Shown here: positions 9,063-17,925 of the stretch, piece after piece
Layout of the letters: every line of letters begins with the position of its first letter
How positions within the stretch are numbered: the first letter of the stretch is position 1
Assembly (NCBI GenBank): GCA_041690135.1
Contig: JAWLHY010000010.1
Coordinates: forward strand, 32,001-96,000
Source: Armatimonadota bacterium
GTDB lineage: Bacteria; Armatimonadota; SYMT01
DNA: 64,000 bases
Direction: 5' to 3'
Program-made: the position numbers and the translations under genes
Notes under the pieces: model-generated
Told to the model about the DNA's origin: nothing
Databases searched by the model: none
The model's input: the letters and a program-made list of their open reading frames with translations, nothing else

Positions 9063-10469
9063 TCAACGGAGGCGGAGTTGGGTCAGGAAGATGTCGTTGC
9101 TGCCCGTGGCGGTGAGGGAGGCCGTGCCGTAGCGGGTCGTGCGATTGAAGGCGCCGGAGAGATACGCGTGGCCTTTGCCGTCCAGCGCGACGCAGTAGCA
9201 GAGGTCATCCCCCTCCGTGCCGCCGGGTTTGACCCAGGAGAGGGTTCCATTCTGCTCCACGCGGGCTACATAGAGATCGCGTCCGCCGGCGTTGGGCACG
9301 GTGGTAGCGGCATTGGAGCCGGTGGAACTAAAGGTAGCGGTGCCACTGATCTCGCCGACCGCGTAGCAGCCCCCCTTCGGATCGGCCGCGATCCCCAGGC
9401 AATAGTCGATGCCCGCACTTGCCCCCTTGTGAGCCCACCGGGGCTTCCCATCCGGATCGAAGCCGGCAATGAACAGGTCGTAATCGCCGCTGCCGGACAG
9501 GGTGGTGTTTCCAAAGACCGCGGTGCTCTTGAACATACCTCCGATATAGCTGTGGCCCCGGTCGTCCACGGCTACACCGGTCGCCACTCCGTCCGACTTG
9601 CCTCCGGCCCCGGTGGCCCAGAGCGCCCTGCCGTCGGCGTCGTATTTCACCAGGACCACATCCCGCCCGGTTGCCGCATAAGTGGCACCGCCAAAGTCCG
9701 CCTCGGCGGAGACGGAACCGGTCGCCCAGCAGTTCCCGGACCGATCCACGGCAAGAGCCTGCCCGGCCGCGCCCCGGCCGCGGCTCTGACGCACCCAGGC
9801 GATTTTGCCGCTGGGAGCGTACTTTGCGACGAAGAGATGGGAACCGACTGGATTCTCCACCTTTTCCCCACCGAAGTCGTTGTTGCCGACGACGCCCCCG
9901 GTGACATAGCAGTTTCCCGTTCCGTCCACGCCGATCCCGTGACCGTAGTCGTAACCTTCCCCGCCAGCAGTCTGCACCCACTGCAGTTTGCCCTGCGGGT
10001 CGTAGCGGGCCACGAAGATATCGTGATCTCCCCGCTGCGGGAGGGCCGGGCTCCCGTCAAACGTCGCGTCCGTGCTCTGGTAGTGACCGGTCACGAAAAC
10101 GTTGCCTTGCCGGTCGACTTCGACTTCGTAACCGCGGTCCGTTCGGGCTCCCCCACCCTGGCGCACCCACAGGCACTCGCCGGCCGGGCTGTATTTGGCC
10201 ACGAAGAAGTCGTAGTCGCCGCGACTGGTGAGCGTGTGCTTGCCGAAATCGGCGACCTCGGCGAATTCGCCGGTCATGTAGACATTACCCGCAGCGTCGG
10301 TGGTCAGCCCACGGGTCTTATCGGCCTTCTTGCCCCCCGCCCGGACGGCCCAGAGAAACTCCGGCTCCTTCGACTGGCCGGACACGGGGGCGGGGGAAAC
10401 GGCAGCAACCAGGAAAGCAAGGGCAGCCAGGGGCAGAAGCAAGTGGGAAATGCGGCGGTGGTTCATCAC
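9063..10469 (-). CDS. Secreted SBBP-type beta-propeller repeat protein
   Basis: Signal peptide; about seven repeats of DxxGNxYxTGxF...DxFVAKYxxxGxxxW. Confidence 0.85.
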   Translation of the reverse strand: MMNHRRISHLLLPLAALAFLVAAVSPAPVSGQSKEPEFLWAVRAGGKKADKTRGLTTDAAGNVYMTGEFAEVADFGKHTLTSRGDYDFFVAKYSPAGECLWVRQGGGARTDRGYEVEVDRQGNVFVTGHYQSTDATFDGSPALPQRGDHDIFVARYDPQGKLQWVQTAGGEGYDYGHGIGVDGTGNCYVTGGVVGNNDFGGEKVENPVGSHLFVAKYAPSGKIAWVRQSRGRGAAGQALAVDRSGNCWATGSVSAEADFGGATYAATGRDVVLVKYDADGRALWATGAGGKSDGVATGVAVDDRGHSYIGGMFKSTAVFGNTTLSGSGDYDLFIAGFDPDGKPRWAHKGASAGIDYCLGIAADPKGGCYAVGEISGTATFSSTGSNAATTVPNAGGRDLYVARVEQNGTLSWVKPGGTEGDDLCYCVALDGKGHAYLSGAFNRTTRYGTASLTATGSNDIFLTQLRLR

Positions 10470-10574
10470 AATCCATCATCCTCGCGGTGATCGGTCTCTG
10501 GACGAGCGTTCGCCTTCCAAGCCGAAAGCCCCTGCGGCAGGTTCCGCACTCCTCCTCCCACTCCTTTTCCATGG

Positions 10575-10735
10575 CTTCTTCATCCTCATCTTTTTCATCT
10601 TCTTCATCCTCATCTTCTTCCGTCCACCTGCCCCGCTCTCCCCTTCCTCCTCCTCATCCATCCTCTGCCTCTTCCATCCTCAACCTCATCCATCCACATC
10701 CTTTCCTTATCTTTATCTTCATCGCTCCTCATCCA
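10575..10735. repeat. Pyrimidine-rich (ATCYTY)n hexamer-like tract in a divergent intergenic region
   Basis: ttcatcctcatctttttcatcttcttcatcctcatc...ccttatctttatcttcatc. Confidence 0.65.
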
Positions 10736-10844
10736 ATTCCGGCCGCAGGCAAGCGAGAGGGTTCCCTCCCGGCGGCTCGGAACTGTAGAGTGGGTTCAGT
10801 CATTCCGCTGTCCGGAATGCGACTGCGATCCAGTTGGTGGGAGA

Positions 10845-13800
10845 ATGGTTGGAGATTTGACGGAAGGCCTGGTCTTCCTATTTACGGACGTTGAAGGCAG
10901 CACGCGGACCTGGGAACTGCAGCCCGAGGGAATGCGCGCGGCGCTGGGGCGGCACGATGCTCTCCTGCGGAACGCGATCGCGAACCATGGGGGACGTGTC
11001 TTCAAGAGCATGGGGGATGGGTTTGCCGCGGTGTTTTCGGACCCGGCCGCGGCCGTTTCCGCCGCGTTCGAGGCGCAGCGCGAGCTCTTCCGCCAGGACT
11101 GGCAGGGGCTGCCGGTGTTGCGAGTGCGCATGGCGCTCCACACCGGCAGCGCCGAAGCCCGCGATGGAGATTTCTACGGACCCATCGTCAACCGGGTCGC
11201 GCGCCTGCTCGACTCGGCGCACGGGGGCCAGATCTTATTGACCGGTGCGATCTTTCAGGCATTGGGGGGCAGTCTGCCGCCCGGCTGTGAAGCCCGTGCC
11301 GTGGGCAGCTACCGTTTTCGGGATCTGCTCCTGCCGGAAGAGATCTATCAACTGGTCCACCCTCAGCTTCCGCCCGTGTTCGACCGGTTACGGGCCCTGG
11401 CCGCGTTTCCCCACAACCTGCCCACGCAGCTTTCCTCCTTTATTGGCCGTGAGAAAGAACTCTCCGCTCTCTCGGAGTGGCTGGAGGGGAGCCGGGTCCT
11501 GTCGCTGACGGGGCCCGGCGGAACCGGAAAGACCCGTCTCGCACTCCAGCTTGGCGCGGGCGTCACGGAGCAGTTTTCGGATGGCGTGTGGCTGGTAGAG
11601 CTCTCTCCCTTGCGGAAAGCCGATCAGATCTACCGGGCGCTAGGCGCGGCCCTGGGCGTGCGAGAAGATCCGTCGCGCGACCTGCTGACCACGCTGGCCG
11701 ATTACCTGGAGCACCGGCGCGCACTCCTCATCCTCGATAACTGCGAGCACCTGCTCGAGGAATGCGCGCATCTGGTGGAGCGGATCCTGCGGCACTGTCC
11801 CTACGTCCGCATCCTCACGACTACTCGTGAGATGCTGAAAGTGGCCGGAGAGCGGGTCTATCCCGTCCCTCCGCTCACCCTCCCCACTCCGGACGTGGCT
11901 CCGAATACGGAGCCTGTCTTGCCCGCACACCTCGAACAATTTGAGGCCGTCCGTTTGTTTGTAGATCGCGCCGTGGCGGCTCACCCTCGCTTCGCCCTGA
12001 CCGCCGACAATGCCGGGGCCGTGGTAGAGCTCTGCCGCCAATTGGATGGGTTGCCTCTGGCCATCGAATTGGCTGCGGCCCGAGTCCGGATGCTGTCGGT
12101 TGAGCAGCTTCTCGGCCGCATCCAGGACCGCTTCCGGCTGCTCGCTTCGGGGAGGCGGACCGCCGAAGAGCGCCAGAGCAGCCTTCGCGGAATGATCGAC
12201 TGGAGCTACCAGTTGCTCACGGAAGCCGAACGCGAACTGTTCCATCGCGTGGCGATCTTTCGCGGCAACTTCGACTTTGCCGCCGTCGAAGCCGTCTGCG
12301 TGGGGCAAGGGGTTCCCGAGGAAGACCTTTACCTGCTGCTCGAGAGCCTGATCGACAAATCGCTCCTGGTGGCGGAAGAGGTGGAAGGGGCAGTTCGCTA
12401 CCGCCTTCTGGAAACGCTGCAAGCCTACGCGCTGGAGCGGCTTCAGGAGGCGCACCGGGCCGAGGAGTTCGCGGGGAAACACGCCCGGTGGTATGTTCAG
12501 GTGGCACGAGAAGCAGGCGACCACCTGGAAGGGGAGCGGGGAGACCTGCAAGAAGCGGCCGCGCAACGGTTGGACCAGGAAGGGGAGAACCTGCGCGCGG
12601 CAATGGTCTGGGCTCTGGATCGCGACCTGGAAGCGGCTCTACACCTCGTGCGCGGGATGGGTCTTTACTGGTTGCGGAGGGGGCGCTGGTCCGAAGCGGC
12701 GGAAGCCCATGAGCGGGTTCTGGCCCTGCGGGGTAACACACCGGCCGACTTGCGCGCGAAAGTCCTGCGCCGGGCCGGAATCTTCGCGCGCATTCGCGGC
12801 GACTACCGGCGCGCGCACGCTCTCACCGCCGAAGCGTTGGCCCTGTACACGGACCTGGAGGATACGCTGGGGATCGCCGTGTCCCTCTATTCTTTAGGCA
12901 CCATTGCTCTGAATCGGGGCGAGACGCAGGAAGCCTGGTCCTATTACGAAGAAACGTTATCGCAGTTCCGATCAATCGGGCGCCAGGCGGGTATAGCGGA
13001 CTGCTTCCAGGCGTTGGGTCTGCTGGCGCTGGCGGCTTCGGACCTGGAGTTGGCCGGTACGCACTTCCAGCGGTGCCTGGAAATTCATGAAGAGTTGCGA
13101 CAAACCACGGGGATCGCCATCGCGCTGAACTACCTGGGCGTCGTAGCCTACCTCCAGGGAGCGGGCGCGGAAGCGCGGCGGCGCTATGAGGAGAGCCTGG
13201 CGATTCTCGGAGAAGGTGGAGACCGGGTGACCACGGCGGTGGTGCTGCAGAACCTTGGCCGCGAGGCGCGCAGCCGGGGCGACCTGGAGACTGCTCGCTC
13301 ATTGCTGGAACGGAGCCTGGCCGTGGCCCTGGAAATCGGCAGCCGGGAACGGGCGGCGGTGATCTGCGGAGACCTGGCACGGTTGGACCTGCGCGTGGGG
13401 CACACCGCGGCCGCGCGCGCCGCGCTGGAAGATAACCTGGGCACCTTGAAGCAAATCGGCAGCCGGCGATACGTGGCGAAATTCTTGCATGACCTGGGTG
13501 AAGTGGCCCTCGCCGAAGGGGACCTGGAAAAAGCTGCTCCCCTGCTGCGGGAAAGCCTGGAGATGCGACGCGAGATGCAGCATCTGCTCAACCTGCCGGA
13601 AAGCCTTGAAGCTGCGGCCCGGTTCGCCGCGGCCTCCGGCCAGGAAGCGAAGGCAGCGGGCCTGTTCGGCGCGGTGGAAGCATGCCGGCGCCACCTCGGC
13701 ATCGCCGCCTGTTCGGATGCGCAGGCGGCTCTGGCGCGGGATGAAGAACGCCTCCGCGGCCAGTTAGGAGAAGACCGTTACTTGACGGCCAGGACAGCCG

Positions 13801-13889
13801 GGCAGAAACTCGCGCGGGAAGCGGCTATGAATGTGGCACTCGCGTTGCTTCGCGCGGAGCCCGAGAAGCCACCGGAGGACAGCGAATGA
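10845..13889 (+). CDS. Class III adenylate/guanylate cyclase - NB-ARC/STAND ATPase - TPR protein
   Basis: FLFTDVEGST, FKSMGDGF and GPIVNRVARL (cyclase); Walker A GPGGTGKT; Walker B LLILDNCEH; LDGLPLAIELAAAR; C-terminal TPRs. Confidence 0.92.
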   Translation: MVGDLTEGLVFLFTDVEGSTRTWELQPEGMRAALGRHDALLRNAIANHGGRVFKSMGDGFAAVFSDPAAAVSAAFEAQRELFRQDWQGLPVLRVRMALHTGSAEARDGDFYGPIVNRVARLLDSAHGGQILLTGAIFQALGGSLPPGCEARAVGSYRFRDLLLPEEIYQLVHPQLPPVFDRLRALAAFPHNLPTQLSSFIGREKELSALSEWLEGSRVLSLTGPGGTGKTRLALQLGAGVTEQFSDGVWLVELSPLRKADQIYRALGAALGVREDPSRDLLTTLADYLEHRRALLILDNCEHLLEECAHLVERILRHCPYVRILTTTREMLKVAGERVYPVPPLTLPTPDVAPNTEPVLPAHLEQFEAVRLFVDRAVAAHPRFALTADNAGAVVELCRQLDGLPLAIELAAARVRMLSVEQLLGRIQDRFRLLASGRRTAEERQSSLRGMIDWSYQLLTEAERELFHRVAIFRGNFDFAAVEAVCVGQGVPEEDLYLLLESLIDKSLLVAEEVEGAVRYRLLETLQAYALERLQEAHRAEEFAGKHARWYVQVAREAGDHLEGERGDLQEAAAQRLDQEGENLRAAMVWALDRDLEAALHLVRGMGLYWLRRGRWSEAAEAHERVLALRGNTPADLRAKVLRRAGIFARIRGDYRRAHALTAEALALYTDLEDTLGIAVSLYSLGTIALNRGETQEAWSYYEETLSQFRSIGRQAGIADCFQALGLLALAASDLELAGTHFQRCLEIHEELRQTTGIAIALNYLGVVAYLQGAGAEARRRYEESLAILGEGGDRVTTAVVLQNLGREARSRGDLETARSLLERSLAVALEIGSRERAAVICGDLARLDLRVGHTAAARAALEDNLGTLKQIGSRRYVAKFLHDLGEVALAEGDLEKAAPLLRESLEMRREMQHLLNLPESLEAAARFAAASGQEAKAAGLFGAVEACRRHLGIAACSDAQAALARDEERLRGQLGEDRYLTARTAGQKLAREAAMNVALALLRAEPEKPPEDSE

Positions 13890-16681
13890 CCGTCGATCGC
13901 TACTATGTGGCGTCCGGAGCCGACTACGAGGCGGCATGGGCACCGGAAAGTGGGGAGCGGGAGCGCCTCCTTCCACGCCAGGACGGCAGCTTGCCCCCTG
14001 CGGTGTTCGGCAGTGGAGCAGCGCGTTTGCGACTGCACCGGACCTGGGAACCACTTTCCCCTCGCTGGCGGGAGCCGTCCAATGCTTCGCTTGGGATCGG
14101 GATCATCAGTTGCAACCGCCTCGACCGGGTCCGCTGGCTGGTGGAAGCTCTGCAGAGCCACACGCACACCCCATTCCACCTGGTGATCGCGGACGACGGC
14201 AGCGTGGACGGCACGGCCGCCTGGGCGCGGGAGAGCGGCATCCCGGTGGTGACCGGCCGCAACCGCGGGGTAGCCTGGAACAAGAACCGGGCTCTCTACT
14301 GGCTGATGCACCGCACTTCCTGCGAAAAGCTGCTGCTGATCGAGGACGACATCCATCCGGTGCGCGATGGGTGGGAGCGCGGTTGGCTGGAGGCCCTCGA
14401 CTGCTTCGGTCACCTCAATTACTGTCCCGACAGCGGGCGCCCCGAAGGAGGCCAACAGGTCGCCGTCTACGACCCCTATCCGGCCTTCGACTGGGTCAAT
14501 GGCCTGATGATGGCCTTCACCCGACCGGCGGTGGAGCAAGTGGGTTACCTCGACACCCGGTTTCAGGGTTACGGAGCCGGGCATGTGGAGTACACGGAGC
14601 GGTTCAGGCGGGCAGGCCTGCACCCCCCACGCGGCTTCGTGACCCTGCGCGACGGCTCGTTGAGTGAGCACCCACGACAGCCCCTACAGGAAAGTCGCGT
14701 CGCGGATATCGCTCGAAACCGGGCTCTGCGTCGTGAGTTGGCTCAAGATCCAGTCTGGCGACCGCCGGCTCGGGGCTCGCGGGAGGCGGCAATCCTGGTG
14801 CATGAGCAAGAGCGTGCCCGGTGGTCACAGAAACTACCGGTTGGCGAAGGGGCCGAGATCGTTTCCGTGTTGTGTGCGAGCCGCACGGAGGCGCTCGCCC
14901 GGCGCATGGCCGCCTCGTTCAGTAACGATCCGAACATCGAATTCCTTTGGGCCTGGAACGGCGAAGGGATGCCGGACCTGCCAGGGCGCGTGCTCGACTA
15001 TCCCGGGCGTCCCTTCAACTACTGCGAGGCCTATAACTGGGTAGCCCGCCACGCACGGGGCAAAGTGCTGCTGATGGTCAACGACGATGTCGAGTTGACC
15101 TGCACCGGCCTTCCCCGGTTCCTCCTGGACCTTTATCGCTCCCGGCCGGACCTCGGCGTTGCTTACGGCGGACAGGCCGGCACGTGGGAAGTCCATGATG
15201 CCCCGGAGGCGCCTCACTGGCAGGGTTGTTGTTGGGCGATCTCGCGAAGCGCGTTCGCAGCCATGGGAGGGCTCGAGGAGTCCCTCCACGGATACGGTGC
15301 CGACGAGTTCGTTACTACCATCCGCATGCTGCGCCTCGGGTATGCCGGGGCGAGAATAAACGGCTGGACTTACCGCCATGAGGCTCACAAATCTTACGGT
15401 CAGGTGGAAGGCCTGCGCTACAACCGCCGAGAAGTTCCCGCCGCCCTGGGGTGGGGAGTCGCCACGGAACTGAGCGATCTGGATCTTGGTTGGAACGGTC
15501 CCTGGCTACATCAGCAGATCGCCACCGCCGAGGGTCGGGGGGACCTCGCGGACGCCTGGTTGCCCAATGTGTTCAAGTCAGCCGCCTCCGAACCACTCTC
15601 CCTGGCGGACACTACCCTTTCGGTAGCAGGTGACACCGCGCACTACAGTGCAGATGCGGTCACTGCCGGGAATACGGCCGGGCACCCACTGCCATCCATT
15701 GGGTACACCCTGGGGATTGCTCCCGCAAACGGACCGCACGTGGCGTCCCCCGCCATCGCCAAGGGGATGGGGGAACGATCTGAACAGTTTTTGACTGCTC
15801 GGCACGAACCTGTTTCTCCCTCCACACCCCTTGGATCATCACGACTGGGTGCGGCTTCCGGTCCATCGCCGAAGCCGTTCGATCGGATCCCGTTGTCTCC
15901 CTGGTTCGAGCCGGCTCGGGCGCCGCTTGGAATCGGGATCATCAGTTGCAACCGCCTCGCGCAAGTAAGGCGCCTGGTGGAGGCCTTACAGAACCACACG
16001 TTCACCCCATTCCACCTGGTGATCGCGGACGACGGCAGCGTGGACGGCACGGCCGCCTGGGCGCGGGAGAGCGGCATCCCGGTGATGACCGGCCGCAACC
16101 GCGGGGTAGCCTGGAACAAGAACCGGGCTCTCTACTGGCTGATGCACCGCACTTCCTGCGAAAAGCTGCTGCTGATCGAGGACGACATCCATCCGGTGCG
16201 CGATGGGTGGGAGCGCGGTTGGCTGGAGGCCCTCGAGCGCTTCGGCCATCTCTGCTACAGCCCCGAGGGGGCTCACGTTCCCGAGCAACTGGTGGCGCTC
16301 CACTTCGGTTACGTCGCCCTCGACTGGGTGGGCGGCGCCCTGATGGCAATGACCCGGAAGACCGTGGAGAGGGTGGGTTACCTCGACACCCGCTTCCAAG
16401 GATACGGCGACGAGCACATCGAATACAGCGAGCGATGCCAGCGCGCGGGATACTACTCCCACCCGGGGTTTGTCACCCTGCGGGACGGCTCCCTCTGCGA
16501 CCATCCCCCGATCGAGGGCTCCCCGGAGCGTCTCCGGGATCTCCTGCGCAATCGAAAACTCCGTGCTCGGCTAGTCGAAGAGCCGGTCTACCGTCCCCCT
16601 GCCCGGGACGAACCGGAGCGACAGGTACTGGAAACGGAGATCGAAGCGGCCATCGCCCTCCGTGAGTTGGCTTGGGTTTAG
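13886..16681 (+). CDS. Multidomain glycosyltransferase with three GT2 (GT-A) domains
   Basis: Two copies of GIISCNR...VIADDGSVDGT...NRGVAWNKN...LLIEDDI; middle domain PFNYCEAYN...LLMVNDDV...MGGLEESLHGYGADE; ATGA overlap with upstream gene. Confidence 0.85.
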   Translation: MTVDRYYVASGADYEAAWAPESGERERLLPRQDGSLPPAVFGSGAARLRLHRTWEPLSPRWREPSNASLGIGIISCNRLDRVRWLVEALQSHTHTPFHLVIADDGSVDGTAAWARESGIPVVTGRNRGVAWNKNRALYWLMHRTSCEKLLLIEDDIHPVRDGWERGWLEALDCFGHLNYCPDSGRPEGGQQVAVYDPYPAFDWVNGLMMAFTRPAVEQVGYLDTRFQGYGAGHVEYTERFRRAGLHPPRGFVTLRDGSLSEHPRQPLQESRVADIARNRALRRELAQDPVWRPPARGSREAAILVHEQERARWSQKLPVGEGAEIVSVLCASRTEALARRMAASFSNDPNIEFLWAWNGEGMPDLPGRVLDYPGRPFNYCEAYNWVARHARGKVLLMVNDDVELTCTGLPRFLLDLYRSRPDLGVAYGGQAGTWEVHDAPEAPHWQGCCWAISRSAFAAMGGLEESLHGYGADEFVTTIRMLRLGYAGARINGWTYRHEAHKSYGQVEGLRYNRREVPAALGWGVATELSDLDLGWNGPWLHQQIATAEGRGDLADAWLPNVFKSAASEPLSLADTTLSVAGDTAHYSADAVTAGNTAGHPLPSIGYTLGIAPANGPHVASPAIAKGMGERSEQFLTARHEPVSPSTPLGSSRLGAASGPSPKPFDRIPLSPWFEPARAPLGIGIISCNRLAQVRRLVEALQNHTFTPFHLVIADDGSVDGTAAWARESGIPVMTGRNRGVAWNKNRALYWLMHRTSCEKLLLIEDDIHPVRDGWERGWLEALERFGHLCYSPEGAHVPEQLVALHFGYVALDWVGGALMAMTRKTVERVGYLDTRFQGYGDEHIEYSERCQRAGYYSHPGFVTLRDGSLCDHPPIEGSPERLRDLLRNRKLRARLVEEPVYRPPARDEPERQVLETEIEAAIALRELAWV
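14089..16235 (+). repeat. Intragenic direct repeat (14089-14400 and 15925-16235)
   Basis: About 234 bp core from caccccattccacc to ggccctcga is identical except for one GTG/ATG change. Confidence 0.9.
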
Positions 16682-16935
16682 GCCCGCCTGGCGGAATGGG
16701 CGCGGATGAGCTGCCGCCTGATCCCGAATGGAGTGGACCGGCCCGGTCCGGCCCGAACGACGACACCGCAAGGTGCCGCCGTTCGGGTTGCACGGGGATG
16801 GAACCCTGCATCGTCCCCGCCCCATGCTTTCACGTTCCACGGTTCACACTTAAGCATCATGCCTGCGATGCACGAGAACCCGGTTATTGTCTTTGCGCCC
16901 TTCTTCAACGACGTACCGATACTCGCACAAGAAAG

Positions 16936-17925
16936 CTAGCTGGTGAAGCGTACCGGGGTGCCGGTGCTAACCATTCCGGCCAGTTCCTGGGCATCCCAGT
17001 TGGTCAGTCGCACGCAGCCATGCGAGGCCTGTTTGCTGATTCGTGACGGCGTGGGAGTGCCGTGGATTCCATACCCCTCTTTGGATAGGTCGATCCAAAC
17101 GATGCCCACCGGATTGTTAGGTCCCGGCGGCACCTTGAGCACTTCCCCTTCTTCCAGGTCTGCATACTCCAGATCCCCGCTGTAGGTGAACACCGGCCGC
17201 TCCGCAATTCCATTGACCTCCAGGTCGCCGGAAGGCGAGGGGAACTGGTTACTCCCCACCGTCGCCGGATAAAAGGCGATGAGCTGCCCATCGGTCCCGT
17301 AGGCTTTCACAGTCTGGTTGTTGCGATCCACCATTACGGTCTTGATCTCACCGGCCGGCTGGCGGTCGAGCACATTGGCTACGGTGATCTGGGTTCCCGC
17401 GCTACCGAAGTCCACACCTGGGTTCAGGTCCTCCAACAGGTCCTGGTCCATGTGGAACTTCTCCGCCAGGAGTTCGGCGGGAGACGTGTAGGGCATCCGC
17501 TCCATCTCCGCCATTTCGGTCATCTGATTGGGAATCGACTCCGCGAATGGGCCGTTCGCGTCATCTTCGGAGATGGTGTAGGTCGTCAACACGGGCGCAT
17601 TGCCGCCTTTGCGTAGCAGCGCCTCCCACGTCTGCCGGTCGAGGTTCCCTGTCCGGGGCAAGCCGTTTACGTATTGGAAAGCCCGCAATGCCTTGCGGGT
17701 ATTACCGCCGTAGTAGCCGTCAATGACCCCTGGTGAGATGTAGGCGCGGTCCAACAGAATCTGCGCCTTGGTCATTATTCCCTGTGGCCCTCCGCCCTGC
17801 CGGGCCTGTGGGCTGAACTCCGCCTGCCGGACTTCCTCCGGATTGATCTGAGCCCATGCGGGCGTTGCGCCACCCACGAGCGCCACCGCACCGATGGCCC
17901 CCAGGATCTGCCTCCACTGTTTCAT
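16936..17925 (-). CDS. L,D-transpeptidase (YkuD/ErfK) with peptidoglycan-binding domain
   Basis: Signal peptide MKQWRQ...AWA; AQILLDRAYISPGVIDGYYGGNTRKAL; PPGPNNPVG; YGIHGT...SHGCVRLTNWDA. Confidence 0.92.
   Translation of the reverse strand: MKQWRQILGAIGAVALVGGATPAWAQINPEEVRQAEFSPQARQGGGPQGIMTKAQILLDRAYISPGVIDGYYGGNTRKALRAFQYVNGLPRTGNLDRQTWEALLRKGGNAPVLTTYTISEDDANGPFAESIPNQMTEMAEMERMPYTSPAELLAEKFHMDQDLLEDLNPGVDFGSAGTQITVANVLDRQPAGEIKTVMVDRNNQTVKAYGTDGQLIAFYPATVGSNQFPSPSGDLEVNGIAERPVFTYSGDLEYADLEEGEVLKVPPGPNNPVGIVWIDLSKEGYGIHGTPTPSRISKQASHGCVRLTNWDAQELAGMVSTGTPVRFTS

Noticed and set aside
10476-10788. Low-complexity ORFs (KKMRMKKMKK and FFILIFFIFF)
   Set aside because: Translations of the pyrimidine-rich hexamer tract in a divergent promoter region
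14089-16235. Possible diversity-generating retroelement template/variable repeat pair
   Set aside because: No reverse transcriptase in the window, differences are not adenine-specific, and both copies are coding GT2 domains
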